NCBI GenBank assembly: GCA_038087875.1
Contig: CM075988.1
Location: forward strand, 10,294,001-10,358,000
Length of the DNA: 64,000 nt
From: Malacoraja senta
Taxonomy: Eukaryota
Direction of reading: 5' to 3'
Position numbers and translations under genes: made by a program. The notes below the pieces were generated by a model. The model was given only the letters and a program-made list of their open reading frames with translations. It searched no databases and had not been told where the DNA came from. Positions 25,576 to 41,239 of the stretch are shown here, one piece after another (positions within the stretch are counted from its first letter, which is position 1; each line of letters starts with the position of its first letter).

Positions 25576-27016
25576 TGAAGTGCCTTAAGGATGCTTCACA
25601 AGACAGCTCGGCTGGTGGAAGCCTGCTTCAACTAGGAAGACTGCAGATGGTCTTGTGGACTTCCAGATCCAGAAAGCCTGTGTGCAAACCAAATTCCCAG
25701 CAGCAGCAGGCAGCTGTGGTTTGGCTAGGAGGCCAGATGGCAACAATAGATCGTGAGTGCAGGCATTCTGAGACAGGACATCAGCGATGGCAGCTCTGCT
25801 GGTCACATAGGCTGACAGTTTAGGAATCCTGTTGGGCATATTGGTGAATGGCTGAGATATCTTGACATTGACTTAGAAAAACGCATTGGTCATGGTAGGC
25901 CAGAGGGGAGATTAAAGGGAGCATTGTTAGTGTGTAGATAACCAGTTGTGGGATCAGCAGCTCCAGAGGGGCGGGGAGGAGTGGGTGACAGTAAAGTCTC
26001 TGGGAGGTCGGCAGGCTGCAGGTTTCAACGGTCGCGTTAGGCTTTGCTAGTCAATTCCTCACGGCGCCAAGAGTTGTTTCGGGAGGTCTTTTGTGAGTCA
26101 GAGAATCGCCAGATCTGAGAGGAGATTAAAAAGAGCTAAGTTAGAGTAAGAAATGCTGTTGTTGAAATAAAGATTTGTCTGGAACACTTTACCCCAACAC
26201 CCTGAAGGATATGGAACACCTTTTCTTTCATTGAGTCATACAGAACAGAAACACCCTTCAGCATAATTTGTCCAAGATGCTACATCTAAGCAAGTGTCAT
26301 TTGCTCGTGTTCGGCCCATATCACATCTAAACCGTTCGTTTCCATGCACCTGTCCAAGTGGATGTTCTCTGTTCCATCTTTTCCACCCAAGTACATTATT
26401 TGATGGAATTGAAATATCCTTTGTATCATCACTGCTGAATATTTCCCAGCTCACTAATGCAAGCACCATCAACCACAGTTGTGCCTCTCCCCTTTGCATG
26501 ATGCAGGGTAGCTTGAAATAGCACTAGGTACTCACGACATTGGGTTAGCTGTGGCTGCAAGTAACCCAATGAATAGTGCAGGAATCATGATTGGAAACAG
26601 CAATCATCTGAAGCAGCAGCCGGGGTCCCTTATATCACCGTCAGTAAGTTCATGCTCTCCAGTCAGTTCGACCCCATCCACCACATGCAACCTGATTAAA
26701 TAACCAAGCAAGATAAATGCTGAGTGCCAATGGCATGTGGTAACTTTAGGAAAGCAGTTTTGATGATTAATTTACTCTATATCATTCAAATAGGCAGTAA
26801 AACCCATCTGCAATACCTCTATAACCTTTTACTGCAGAGCAAAAGTGCTGAATGTTTAAACTGCACACACTATTTGCCTTTTAGCTGTGTGCTTCAGAGC
26901 ATCTCGCATTGTAGAACAAGCTTTCCTTAGCAACTATGCAATCACCAAAATGCTGGATATCTGACCAATTACAGTGATCCCTGCACTCATAACCATGACA
27001 ACAATGACGAAACCTG

Positions 27017-27018
<2 letters not shown>

Positions 27019-27110
<92 letters not shown>
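27019..27110. repeat. (TA)n microsatellite
   Basis: About 90 bp of uninterrupted TA. Confidence 0.99.
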
Positions 27111-27114
<4 letters not shown>

Positions 27115-28426
27115 TTTAAAATGCAAAACTAAATCATCTATGTCTGATGCTCATTTTTAGTTATCATCTGCTGACTGATTCCGAAATATTGTTTGTAGTT
27201 ATTAATTTCTGCTGTTTTAAATGAAAGAATGTTTGGAAACATTAGGATGTGCTATATTTCCCATGACACTTGACTGTAACAAAGATAGGATTTTATTCTT
27301 TCCAAAATAGCTTCTCTCTTTGACTAGCCTTTGTACTGAGGAAATAGATTCTGCTCGTCCTGCTCAACTTGAAGTGCTTCAAAGTGTAGTTAGTTCCTAA
27401 TAGATGAACACTTCTGGGAAACAGTCACCCTGTACATCCAAATGTTAAAAGCAATTAAAGTAAAACACTTACTTTTAATCAGTGCCACTATCATAACAAC
27501 TATTCTAAGGGCCTGAATTTACCAATACCACAGATGGCAGTCAATCTGGCATTAGCTGTACATCATGGTCCAAAGACATGCACAAACTGTGTGCAAATAA
27601 AAAATCCAGTAATTGTAATCAACTTAAAAGCCTAAATGTAATACATCCACATTTCCAGCTTCTTCATCTACTAATCCTTCTGCAACAACAGACCTCAGAG
27701 CATAACAATGATGGTATCTTCAAATTGCAGACTGATATATTTCTCGTGATTACTGTCTTCAAATAATCATAGAATGCTCAGGGGCAGCGGAACCCATTTT
27801 CAAGTGAAAACTGTAATAAAAAAATTGTGGGGGTGGGATTTTGAGACTATATCCTCAGAGACATGCTCTATATATTCTGTTCCATTGATCTTTTTTTTAT
27901 TTTTAGTCTGCATCACATTAATAATTGAAATACTTCTCTGACCATGAGTTGTTCAACATCCTATATCTCATTTGTTTGTGTTAGAAGAGTTAAACTTAAC
28001 CCCTACTGAAAATTTGATTTTTGTGTTACTTCAGGACTTTACTTGTACCTAATGATACCTAATAGTTTAGCACAGAGATACAGCGTGGAGACAGACCCTT
28101 TGGCCCACTGATTCCACGCCAACCAACGATCACCAAACACTAGCACTATCCTACACAGGAAGGACAATTTACAACCAACGCCAATTACACTACACACCTG
28201 TACGTCATTGGAATGTGTGAGGAAACTGGAGCACCCAGGGAAACCCCACCAGGTAACAGTGAGAACATACAAGCTCCGTTCAGACAATACCCATAGTCCG
28301 GAATGAAGCCAGGTCTCTGGCACTGCAAGGCAGCAACTCTACTGCTGCACTCAATTTGTGCTGAACAACATGTAGTCGACATTTATTTGTGTTCTAATGG
28401 GATTAATGATAAATGTGAGACCTACG

Positions 28427-29207
28427 ACACTTAGGAAACCTGAACGGAAACCTCTGGAGACCTTGCCAAGGTTTTGGTCACTCTCCCTAATGGTGGAAAG
28501 TGGTTTCCGAGTAGTCGAGGCTTCTTCTATGTTCCTGCGATTATCTCAACAACAAAAAAACTGGCCTCGACTAAAAATAGGTTGCCGTTTGGTCGAAGCC
28601 AGTGGAGTGGGGTTGCTATTTCAATTATAGAACACATGCAGTCAAAGGCAATCTCCTTCGCTGACCAGCCATTTTGATTGGCTCATTGGAGTTTTCAGCA
28701 AAGATCCTGTAGGATCTTTGGTTTTCAGGACCTGGAAGATACGCCGGAAGGTAAAATGCCAGCTAACTTTATTAAACTTCTTAAAACTGTCTCCACTCCT
28801 TCTCCCCCCCCTTCTCTCCCCTTAGCCCCCCTTCTCTCTCCTCTTCTCTCCCCTTCTCCCCTTCTCCCCACTTCTCTCTCCCCTTCTCTCCCCTTCTTTC
28901 CCCTTCTCTCCCTCCCTCCCGCGCTCTCTAAATCACTTACCGTGCTCTGTGGCAGCCGTTTACCTTCCTCTTCATCGCGCAGACAGTGCTCCTCTGCTGT
29001 CCCTGGGCCCACCTTCGCGATGTGTTTGTGTGTGTGTGCGGTCAGTAGCAAAGATCCTGTAGGATCTTTGGTCAGTAGATGCAGCTCACGCTTCGGTCGA
29101 GGCTTTCCAGGCAAGTGACCAAAACCTCTGGCGACTCATGGAAACCTTGGGTGGGGCGCAAGGTCACCAGAGGTTTCCGTTCAGGTTTCCTAAGTGGGAC
29201 AGGGGCA
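28427..29207. mobile_element. MITE/DNA-transposon derivative (Harbinger-like), left tip damaged
   Basis: CACTTAGGAAACCTGAACGGAAACCTCTGG.GACCTTGC is inverted at about 29158-29197. The right end is AGTGGGACAGGG, and there is an internal pyrimidine tract. Confidence 0.75.
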
Positions 29208-29494
29208 TAATGGAATGAGCAATATTATCTTATGATCCCATGCATTCAGAACAATAACATACAATAGGTTACTTTTTGGATATTAAAGTATGGTTTCTGA
29301 CAGGCACTCGAATCTTGGAATTAAAGTATGGCTCAAAGTAAATTGCCTTAAATTATTTTTAAAAGACCATAACACCACAGCTCAATCCTTATTTAGCAAT
29401 TGTACAATGAAGGACAGCGGACAAAATGAAATCTAAGTCTTATGAATTGGTAACTTTTATCAATGACTTTGCCAAACATTCACACATTCCAATA

Positions 29495-30180
29495 TCAGCG
29501 TGTCCCGGGGAGCCACGCGCGTGGTGGGATTGTCCCAGGGCCCGATCCACCCGCCAAACAACCACGCCGCTGCCGACCAGAAAGACGACTGAAGAACGCG
29601 TCTGATAGGCCCGATTTGCCCCCAGAGGCCTGTCAGAGGACTGCGGGGAAGCCGGGCGGCGAGGCCTGTCTGGGCCAAAGGAACTTCAGTGATGGCGGCG
29701 ATCGGAGCCTCAGCGGTGGCGGCGATGGGAGCCTCAGCGGCGGAAGCGGGAGACTTGGCGGCGGCAGCGGGTGCCTTGGCGGTAGCGGGAGACTCGGCAG
29801 CAACGTGGGCCTTGGTGGCAACAGGAGCCTCTGTGGCAGTGGGGCCTCACGGTCTATGAGCCTGAGGGTAGAGGGGAAGACAATGGGGACCCGGCCTGGG
29901 GGGGACCACTGAAACACAATGGGGACCCGGTGTGGGGGACGGGGTGGAGACACACACACACACTCTAGTTTTGAATCCTCTGCTGAGGGGATAAGTCTGT
30001 GTTTGTTTGTTCAATTCTTCCGGTGAAGGCGCTGTGCACACGGCAGCCAGCCAACAGTCACTTGGCTTTTTCTTTTTGTTTCCACTTTTAATTTCAAGTT
30101 TTTGTGTACCTTGTGTGTTGTGACTGTCGGCAGACCAATCTCCCTCTGGGGATGAATAAAGTTTTATCGTATTGTATCAT
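29495..30180 (+). mobile_element. GC-rich non-autonomous retroposon with a LINE-type tail
   Basis: GC-rich body with GGCGGC repeats, ending in AATAAAGTTTTATCGTATTGTATC. Boundaries are approximate. Confidence 0.45.
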
Positions 30181-33100
30181 ATGTGATTTTGAAGTGACTT
30201 GGACAACTAACTATCAGTACCATACGCTATACATTGTGACTTTAATAAGCCTCTTGTGTATATGAAAATATCTTGTGTGCCTCTGACTAATTAGCTGCTA
30301 ATGTGGAATGGGGGTTTATGGCAATTTCTCCATATAATCCAGAGAGAAGGAAATGGTTCATTGTTCTCTCAGGGTACACCATTGCAGATTACATTGCATC
30401 AAATTCCCATGGCATTAGGGTGAGAGGGACACAGTTTAAAGGAAATGTGCATGGCAAGATCTTTTTTTAACATGGACAGTGGTGGGTGTCTGGAATGTGC
30501 TGTCAGGGGTAATGTTGGAGGCAGACATGATAGTGGCAATTAAGAGGCTTTGGGATAGGCACATGAATATACAGGGAATGGAGGGATATGCATCACATGC
30601 AGAGAGCAGAGATCATTTTAGCTTGGTAGCATGTTTGGCATAGACATGCTGGGCCAAAGGGCCTATTCCTGTGCAGCACTGATCTATGTTTCAAATTCGT
30701 CAGGACCAGGTTAGAAGGCATGATGATAAATTGAGCTGACCTTTGAAATGGACATGGATTGAGAAGGTTTTTTGAGCAGCCTCAGCCTTGCAGCAATTTA
30801 ATTTGGCTGACAATTAATTTTATGTGGTCTTTTATTAATTTAGAGATACAGCACGGAAACAGGCCCTTTGGCCCACCGAGCCCGCACTGACCAGCGATCC
30901 CCCCACATTAACACGGTCCTACACACACTAGGGACATTTTGTTTACATTTATACCAAGCCAATTAACTTACAAACCTGTACGTCGTTTGAGAAAACCCAC
31001 GTGGTCATGGGGAGAACGTAGAAACTCCGTATAGACAGCGCCTGTAGTCGGGATCGAACCTGGGTCTCTGGTACTGAAAGGTGGCAACTCTACCGCTGTG
31101 CCACCATGCCGCCCTTCCTCTTGGGATAAACGTCATTCTACTGCATCCTAATATCCTGCATTCAAATATATTTTTGGTTGTTGTCCACCTCACTGGTGGC
31201 AATAGGAGGCTGCTGCTTTATGTATTTCTCGGCCCATGTGAGCGCACCATAATAGAGGTGTGTGGCCTTTCAGAACAGTTCATAATGCCCCAGTGTACAA
31301 AAGTATTTGTCTGAAGAAGCGTTCCGATCTGAAACATCACCTATCCATGGTCTCCAGAGTTGCGGCCTGACCAACTGATGTTACTCCAGCACGTTGCGTC
31401 TTGTTTTGTAAACCAGCATCCACAGATCCTTGTTTCTACAATTTGCATATTTCCCACGCATGTATGATTGCATACAAATTATTCTTCCCCCAGCTCTAAA
31501 GCTGATAATAGCCAAGCTGAATATAATTATGTGCAAATAAAATGTTTCTGAATTTGGCATTCTTTTTAAGGTAATAAAGTCATGTAAATTGACACAGCTC
31601 CCGAGTTAAAATCTTCCTGCACGAAGCAGTGCAGTAACGTATCCAGGTTGGAATAATACTTCATTTATAATAAATTAAATACAATGGGGACGTAATCTGT
31701 AAATCAGGTCTAATTGGCAAATAAAAATGTATAGGTCTCATTGGTAGCTGAAAAACTTCCAATCATTTGTTTCACTATATCACCCTCGAGCTCTGACAAG
31801 ACTCCAATTCATTTAACTGTTAATTGTAATGAATTCCAGCATTGTGAATAGGCTTCATTTGTTTTCATTATGTATTCCAAAATGCCACAGAATTGTATCT
31901 ATTGGCTTTAAATGGGATGCTGCCAAGGAAACTCTAACACTATATCATTGGAGGGCTCTCAGTCTTCTACATGTAGCTCTGTGTTTGGGAATAAAGCATA
32001 CAAATCCTGCTGCTCAAGCCCATACATTTTGGTTAAATGTATTATTCTGTTTCTCCTCTCCTCCCCTGATTCATCCTCCTGTTGCAGCACAGCACATCAT
32101 TTTACACTCAATTGTTTTTAATGGGCAATTTTTTCTCTCGTCCAGTTGCTAGTGCTACCCACCGTGGCCACATAAAATCACGTGCATGACAGTGGGACAG
32201 AGTAACCCACCCTTGATTTTATTTTACCCACTTACAAAGGCACATAGATTCATAAGTGACAGGAGCAGAATTAGGCCATTCGGCCCATCAAGTCTACTCC
32301 GCCATCCAATCATGGCTGATCTATCTCTCCCTCCTATCCCCAATCTCTAAGGGAACCAGGCAAGGAAGGTTACTGTAAAGCTGGTGGGCATAACTACAAA
32401 AGCATGACTCATAACATGAGTGACACTGATGTACACTTCTCTTCATAACCCCTGGCACCCGTACTAATCAACACAGCTTTTGTTAATGACTGATATAATT
32501 TTAAGAGGTCAGAATTTTAAACGATAAGCAGATTCAATGAAAGTTAGACACAAAAAGCTGGGTCAGAAGGGTCTCGACCCGAAACATCACCCATTCTTTC
32601 TCTCCAGAGATGCTGCCTGTCCCCCTGAGTTACTCCAGCTTTTTGTGTCTATCTTCGGTTTAAACCAGCATCTGCAGTTTCTTCCTACAGCAGATTCAAT
32701 GGAACAAGTTAGAATCATTTTAACAATAACACCTTGCATTTTCAAGGCACTTTTATGGTAGGAAAATATTCCATGGCACAACAGACAATATATCCGGCTA
32801 GCATTGCAGTGAAACATGTTTGCATTAGACAGGGGTTCTGAGATCAGTTGAAATAGACAAACAGTTATAAGAAAGGCACAGTGGCACAGTTGGTAGAGCT
32901 GTTGCCACACGGTGCCAGAGACCCAGGTTTGATCCTCACCACAGGTGCTGTCTGCATGGGGTTTTTAATGTTCTCCCTGTGGCCGCTGTGGTTTCCTCCG
33001 GATGCTAAACAGGTGATTGATGGTCAGTGTGGACTCAGTGGGCCGAAGGGCCTGTTTCCATACTGCTTCTTTCAATCAGATTAATTGCACATTGATAATA

Positions 33101-34336
33101 AGGCAGCAAAACTGACTCACAGCTCCAGAGATACTGTAAACACACGATGCTCGAGTAACTAAGCAGCTTCCCTGGAGAGCACGGATAGGTGACGTTCAGG
33201 TCACACACCCTTCTTCAGACTCACAGCTCCACTGACCCTGGCAGGGACTCGATGGGCCAAAGGGCCTGTCTCTGCACTATCTCTAAACTCTAAAACTAAA
33301 CTCTAGACATAATGGGGTGAATGGCCTCCTTCGACATCATGAGAAATATGAATATTTGGCAAAACTAGTAGGAAGCGCTTTCCCATTATATTAAAAAATA
33401 CACATATTCCTTTCTTCCCAGGAGTTTCATTTCATTTCACAATTCTCGTCAACAGTTCAGAGCTGAACTATACTGACAAAGAGATAGAAAAAAAACGGAG
33501 CAATTAATCATTTCACCCCACAGCCCACGAAAAGGTCTTCTCCTGTAGACACCTCACTATTTGGCTGATCTGATTGTAACTCTAGCTCTTGTCTTCCCCA
33601 GTTACCTTTTCATCCTCTTGCTTTCCAAGTACACTTGGGCGGCACGGTGGCATAGCGGTAGAGCAACTGCCTTACAGCGCCAGAGACCCAGATTCGATCG
33701 TGACTATGAGTGCTGTCTGCACGAATGTTGTATGTTTTCCCCGTGGCCTACGTGGGTTTTCTCTGAGATCTTCGGTTTCCTCCCACACTCCAAAGACTTA
33801 CAGGTTTGTAATTTAATTGGCTTGGTATAAATGTAAAAAAATGTCCCTAATGTGTGTAGATTTGTGTCAATGTGCAGGAATCGCAGGTCGGTGCGGATAT
33901 GATGGGCCGAAGGGCCTGTCTCCACGCTGTATCTCAAACTAAAACTAAAAACTAAAACACTCAACTCACTCTGTCTCCACCAATCTTTGAGGAGAGTTCC
34001 AAAGATTCACAATCTTATTAGGGGGAAATAATCTCTCTCTCTTTTAAATACATTTATTTTTTAAAATGAGTACTTTGTGCAGTAGCGCCATAGGGGCACA
34101 GTAGATGAAGCTGCTATCTCATAATGTCAGGGAATCAGGTTGGATACTGATCTTGTGTGCTGTCTGTGTGGAGCTTGCACGTTCTCCCTATGACTGCATG
34201 GGTTTACTCTAGGTGCTCCAGTTTCCTCCCACATACCTAGACATGTGGGTTTATGGTTTAATTGACCCCTGTAAATGTACCCCCAGTGTGTAGGGTGTGT
34301 ATGCGAAAGTGGGATAACATATATCATCTGTGAATG

Positions 34337-35424
34337 ATATATGAAGAAATATATACATAGATTTCAAACTATATTTTTAGACCCTTTAGAAGAAGCAATG
34401 AATATTAAGGCTGATTCACAAAAACTAATATCATATTTTTATAATAGTATATTAAATAGAGAATTACCCTCAACAGAGGCACTAAGAGAAGATTGGGAAC
34501 ATGAACTAATGATAAAGATCCCAAAAGATAGATGGGAAAAATATCTGATGAATACACATAATTGTTCCATTAATGCAAGACATAATTTAATTCAATTTAA
34601 ATTATTACATAGACTATATTATTCAAAAACGAGGTTGAATAAATATTACCCAAATGTCTCTCCCAGATGCGATAAATGTTTGTTTCAAAATGCCAATATA
34701 ACACATTCATTTGTAGGATGTACAAAGTTGAATACATTTTGGAGCGATATATTTGATATATTTACAAAGCTCTTCAAGTCAAGAATAGAACCTAATATGG
34801 AATGGATTATATATGGAATAATATTAGAAGATATCAATTTAAACAAAGACCAAAAAGTATTCTTTAATTATGGGTTAATAATTGGAAAGAAATTGATACT
34901 TAAATTTTGGAAAAATACAGCTATACCAACTATTAAAATGTGGATTAGGAATATGACAGACATAGCACACCTTGAAGAAATGAGACTCCACCTAATAGAT
35001 AAATATGACCAATTCTTAAGGAGTTGGTCCCCATTCATCGACTTTTTGGAATCATGTGATGCAGCAGTACTGTAAAGATTACTGATTTCAGGTCAGGTCG
35101 TGGATAGATTTACATCTCCAAACAAAGATTTGAAAAATTCTTTTTTAAGGGTCTTTTTCTACTATTTCTACTTTCTATTTTTTCTTTTCTTATATACACA
35201 CTTCACGTTTTTCTATTTTCTACTATTTATTTTTCCTCTTTCTTTTCTCTATTTTGTTCTTTTTATTTTTTTATTTTTTACCTCCTTTTCAAAAACATAA
35301 AACTAGAGGTTGTACATAGAATGCATTACATTATGACATAGTTGGCACCTAAAATTAGGTACAACTGTATTGTTTTGTATTGTATTAACTTCTAATAAAA
35401 TAAACAACTAAAAAACCCCCAAAA
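34337..35424 (+). mobile_element. 5'-truncated L1-clade element (ORF2 C-terminus) inside a V-SINE
   Basis: ORF 34341..35075 contains CSINARH.LIQFKLLHRLYYS and C..C..H..C. The tail is A-rich. A 21-bp TSD AACATATATCATCTGTGAATG lies at 34316-34336 and 35425-35445. Confidence 0.92.
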
Positions 35425-38400
35425 AACATATATCATCTGTGAATGGGTGATCGATAGTGGGCCGGAGGGTGTGTTTCCACACTGTATCTCTAGACTAAAT
35501 AAACTTCATTAGGGAGATGACAACTTATTTTTAAGTGTTGTTTCTCTCGTTCTAGGTTTCTCACAAATGGAAATATCCGCTCCACATCCATCTTGTCAAG
35601 ACCCTCAGGGCAAATGCATTTCAATTAAGTCTCCTCTCAGTCTTCATGACTTCCCAGGATACAAGCTAAGCCTTTCTATACATTCATCATTGGACAACCC
35701 ACCTATTCCAGGTGAGAGTATAGTAGGTAAAAACTCCAGATGCTGGAAACTAATCTAAGTTTGATATACGTCTGTGTCACTACGTTAATATCCTACCCTA
35801 AATATGTAGATCAGTCTATGCACAGTACTGGTGATTGCTGTCACCAATGTCCCATATTGCTGAAGTATAATATCCTTACTATGTTCCCCTCTCCAAAAAT
35901 AATACACTGTTAGCTTTCCGAACTACTGACTGTGCCTGTTTGTTTTTTCAATCTCACTTATATTTCTGTGTAGGAAGGAACTGCAGATGCTGGTTTAAAC
36001 TGAAGATAGACACAAAAAGCTGGAGTAACTCAGCGGGTCAAACTGCATCTCTGGATAAAAGGAATAGGTGATGTTTTGGGTCGAGACCCTTCTTCAGACA
36101 AGGTCCTGACCCAAATCGTCATCTATTCTTTTTTTCCAGAGATGCTGTCAGACCCGCTGAGTATCTCCAGCCTTTTGTGTCCCCACTTTTACTTCTGCTC
36201 CCATTAACTATTCTCTTTAACTTCAACCATCTGGAACAATACCCTCAGCCAGACAAATCCCATGGGTCAGGAATGCTGAAACACCTCAACATGTACATAG
36301 CTCCACAAGGGATCACACAGCTACACAGAACATATGTTAATATAATTATTTGTGGTTTATTTAATAATGATTTTAATTATTTCATTGTTCAGTTTATTTT
36401 TTTAAAATATTTTAATGTATATTTTTAATGTTTCTTTCACGTTTAATCATTTTTCAATGTTTCTAAACTACAAAGGCAATCAGAGAGGTTTTGAAGCTCT
36501 GGACACTTTGACAGCTGGTAAAGCTGATGGTGGGGCTGTGCTGTGTCAATGTTGTGAGGGAGGCTGCAACATTCAAGACCTAACTGATTCTCAGGGACTC
36601 ATTATGGAACTCCGGGACACTCTAGGCCAACAAGAATAGCCAACTACATCTGAATCGGTTAACTGTGGGAACATTATGGGCAACAGTTGCAAGCAGTGGG
36701 AATGTAATGGAATCACCCATACCTTTTAATCAGCATTGAGGGATGGTTTTGACCCAAAACGTCACCTATACCTTTTGTCCAGAAATGCTGCCTGACCCGC
36801 TGAGTTACTCCAACATTTTGTGTCTATCTTCGGTGTAAACCAGCATCCTCAGTTCCTTCCGACATCATGGCTTTTAACTCTGTTACTTGCACTACAAGCA
36901 CTGTCTGTCCTGCTGAATAGTTCCAGCACCTTAGTGCAGTTTTTTTTTAAATCATTCTCTGTATTTTACTTCCACATTTTGTATAAATGGATTACAAAAC
37001 ATGTTTTCTTGAATTTTGTTTGCTATCAAGAACTGTCAGTATTAGTTAGTGATCCACCCATTTCACTAACAAAGTATTATCTTCCAAGAGAACATCATTA
37101 GCACAAATGAAATAGTTTAACTGCATGGAATTCTTCATGATGGTGTTTGCATTTGCCTACAGTATTGTTGTCTGTAGCATTAATTGACTAATCAATCAAG
37201 GCTTCAGCTCTGAATCACAACCATCTTTGCTGTTGACAAAGATTGCTTAAGTATTCAGTATTGGTGAATAACTGCTCTAACAGCATCTTCAGAAGTAAAA
37301 CACTGCAAAGATGGAAATCCGATATGAAAACAGAAAAAAGTGAAAAGCTACAATAGCGTAGACAGAATCCATAGTTATGATCTGAACTTTCTGAACTGCA
37401 TTAGAAATGATTCTGTATTACAACAGCAGATAAACATCAAACTGAGGTTTATATTTAGTTGCAAGGCACATTGTGATATCTAAGTTTGTAAACATTACTG
37501 AATTAATAAAGAGGGCTTCTTCTCTAAAGTAAAAAAATATTCTATGTGTTTCCACAATTGATAGGGCAGCACATTGGTGGACTGATAGAGTTGCTGCCTT
37601 ACAGCACAAGAGACCCGGGTTCAATCCTGACTATGGGTGCTGTCTGTATAGAGTTTGTACATTCTCCCTGGGACCTCATGAGTTTTCTCCAGGTGCTCCA
37701 GTTTCCTCTCACACTCCAAAGACAAATAGGTTTGTAGGTTAACTACTTTCGGTAAAATTGTAAATTGTCTCTAGGGTGTAGGATAGTGTTAGTGTACGGG
37801 GTCATCGCTGGTCGGCGGGACTCAGTGGGCCAAGGGGGCCTGTTTCCACGCTGCATATCTGAAAGTCTAAATCAAGTTTCTGCTCCTTGTATCTCATCCA
37901 CATTTTCCCTCCCAGTTCAGGGGATAGGACCTCTGGATATTTATACTCTCTAACCAGTCAACTTCTGTTGGCAGAAAACATTAAAAAAATATTCAGCATG
38001 GAGGCTATTTGTCATGTTAGCTGAACATGTATTCAGATTCCACTTTCCAGCCATTACTCTATTCCGCAGCTCTTTTTATATTTCCTTATGGCATAGATAT
38101 ATTTCAGCCCATCAAATCAGTGCAGCCTGTCAGAGCATTCCCATTAGTCCCTTCCCCACTTAATTCCCTATAAATCATTTTCACTGAGGTTGAGAAGGTT
38201 GCAACCACCTGGCAGGAGGTACAGCCCAGTCCAGTGTGGGCACTGCCCTTGTCTACATGAGGTTTTACCTCTAGAAGGCAGCGTATATCATCAAGGATCT
38301 ACACCACGTGGACCATGACCTCCTCTTGCTGCTATCATCAGGCAGGAGGGACAGAAGCCTGATGTCCCACACCACCAGGTTCGGGAAATTTCAAGACAAA

Positions 38401-38931
38401 AATAACTCAATGGAATAAACAGCAAGGCTCCCAACGTTAAATAAAATAATTCCTCTCCTTGTTCAGGTGAAAATTTAAAACTAGCTATGCCGGTAAATAT
38501 TTTATCACTGAAACTGTTTATCCAGTCATATCATGGTTAGCAGGACGGAGCTGAGCTCAGTTGGCTCTATATCTTTTGGCATTGCAGTCGTGTTTGATAG
38601 AGTTCTGAATCACTTTTGATCACCCTGAGGCAGTGAAAGATGTTAAAGGGAAGCCTTTCTTCTCGATAAGTCAGGAAGCATGGAGCTATATCTTGAACAG
38701 AGAGCCCTATGATTTAAGACGTTGTGTGCAACAACATGCTGAATCCTGATGAAGACACATTCTAGTTCGATCCAAAATAAAAAAAAGGGAGTTCTGGAAA
38801 CACTCATCAGGCCAGGAGGCATTTGCAGAATAAGAGACACAGTCAATGATTCAGGTCTAAAACTATTTCTCAAAAGGTTAACTCTGTTTCGCTTTTCGCA
38901 GATGCTGCCTAACCAAGTTAGTATTTCATAC

Positions 38932-39670
38932 GTTCATAAGTCATAGAAGCAAAAATAGTTAATTTGACAATAGACAATAAACAATAGATAATAGGTGCAG
39001 GAGTAGGCCATTTGGCCCTTCGAGCCAGCACCGCCATTCAATGTGATCATGGCTAATCATCCCCAATCAGTACCCTGTTCCTGCCTTCTCCCCATATCCC
39101 CTGACTCCGCTATTTTTAAGAGCCCTATCTAGCTCTCTCTTGAAAGCATCCAGAGAACCTGCCTCCACCACCCTCTGAGGCAGAGAATTCCACAGACTCA
39201 CCACTCTCTGTGAGAAAAGTGTTTCCTCGTCTCCGTTCTAAATGGCTTACTCCTTATTCTTAAACTATGGCCCCTGGTTCTGGACTCCCCCAACATCGGG
39301 AACATGTTTCCTGCCTCTAGCGTGTCCAAGCCCTTAACAATCTTATATGTTTCAATGAGATTCCCTCTCATCCTTCTAAACTCCAGAAACTACAAGCCCA
39401 GCTGCTCCATTCCCTCAGCATATGACAGTCCCGCCATCCCGGGAATTTGGCCCATCAAGTCTACTCTGCCATTCAACCATGGCTGATCTATCTTTCCCTC
39501 TCAACCCATTCTCCCACCTTCTCCCCGTAAACTTTGATGCCCTTATTAATCACAAACCTGTCAATCTCAGCTTTAAAATTACCCAATGACTTGACCTCCA
39601 CATCTGTGGGTGGCAAAGAATTCCACATATTCACCACCCTCTAACTAATGAAATTCCTCCTCATCCCCTT
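38932..39670 (-). mobile_element. Nested antisense CR1 3' fragments
   Basis: Reverse-strand CR1 RT C-terminus and 3' UTR motifs. One copy (about 38965-39445) is inserted in another. Confidence 0.75.
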
Positions 39671-41239
39671 TAATTCCTGCAATATCTTTTATTTCAGAAT
39701 CCCAGCATATGCAATTTTCCTTTAGTTATTCCAAGTAGCCCAAGATCCAGAACATTCAGAACAAATTCTGCAGTGAATCTTGGCTATTGATGGTTTTAAC
39801 AAATGGGGGAAAGAAAACTTACATCTCAGTGGGCAAGATTTAGGTGGGTTGATGTTATCTTTATTTAGAAACCAAATCTTTTCAGAGGTGATCATTTTCA
39901 ACTACGAAAGTAAGCATTATCATTTTTTGAAAAGCATGGATACCCACTGACAGATTACAACATTAAAGTTTTGAACACTCTCCAAAACATTCACTACATG
40001 AGACCAGTACAGTGACAATACAACCCAGTGCCATAACAAATTAGTTAAACATATCTTGCTAATTAGAACCATTAATTAATTTGTTGCTTATAAATCCAAA
40101 CACTCCCCTGTTTTCTAACATTCTTTCTGACAAACTGACTTCGTCATTATTAATTTCCTGTTCCTTTTTGAGAATTACATTAAATAAATTAAATCTGTCC
40201 AAGGTCAATTACAGTGGCAACTTGAAGGATTGCAAGTTGTGGCAGATTCTTTGGAATCAAGTGTTTCTTAATTCAGCCAGTAGGCATGTTGTTGTAATAG
40301 GGCCCATTCAATTATCACACAATTAATCATGAATAAAAAGCTGTGACCCATCTCAGAGAGGCCAAACCTCGTTAATCTTTTCTTGATTGTTGGAAATCCC
40401 CAGTGTCCAAAGTCTTTCTAAACTTTTCCTATCTAAACGGCGCAATCTCGTTGGACACACGGTGAAAAATGACATTTACAGAACTGACATTTACACTGAT
40501 AAGTTTCCATTTATCTCAACAAAACCAATTACTGGTAGCAGCTAAATTAGTAAGCAATGGTTTGTGTGATATCCTGCATTGCTTTTCATTGATTTATTTG
40601 TGGCTCATCATAATTTCTAACCTTTTGCAACTATAGCATGTCTTCCATCTTGAATCTCTTCAGAAGGCCATTATTCCACAAAATGTACTAAGATGCTATA
40701 GAATAGAGGACAGATGACCAAACACCTTGATAAATGAAGTTTTAAGTAGCTTAAAAAGAACTTGTGGGAAGAAGTTACAGTGCACAGCCTCAGGTAGCTG
40801 AATGAATGGGTAGTAGGAGGTTTGAAAAATAATTTCCATGTTTAGATTGGAGATACAGCATGGAAACAGGCATCTGCAGATCTTTCCTACACAACCTGCA
40901 AACCTGTATGTCTTTGGAATGTGGAAGGAACCAGGAGCATCTGGAGAAATCCAGGCGGTCACAGGGAGAACTTACAAACTCCGTACAGACTGCACTCATA
41001 TTCAGGATCGAACGTGTGTCTCTGGCGTTGTAAAGCAGCAATTGTACTGCTGTGCCACCGTACCACCCATGGAAAGAGATTCCAGAAGATTGCTGGGATG
41101 CCAATGTCTATGGAAGGGTGAAGTGACCATTCATTCAGGTGAAATAAATTAGTTGCAATTCAGCACTGATTGTCAAATTATGAGATCATGTTAGTCAGTT
41201 CAAATTAATCTTCTGTCTTGCAAATCTTGCATGTGTAGG

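Noticed and set aside
28678..29959. ORFs of 108-149 aa on both strands
   Set aside because: They derive from a pyrimidine tract and GGC-rich repeats inside mobile elements.
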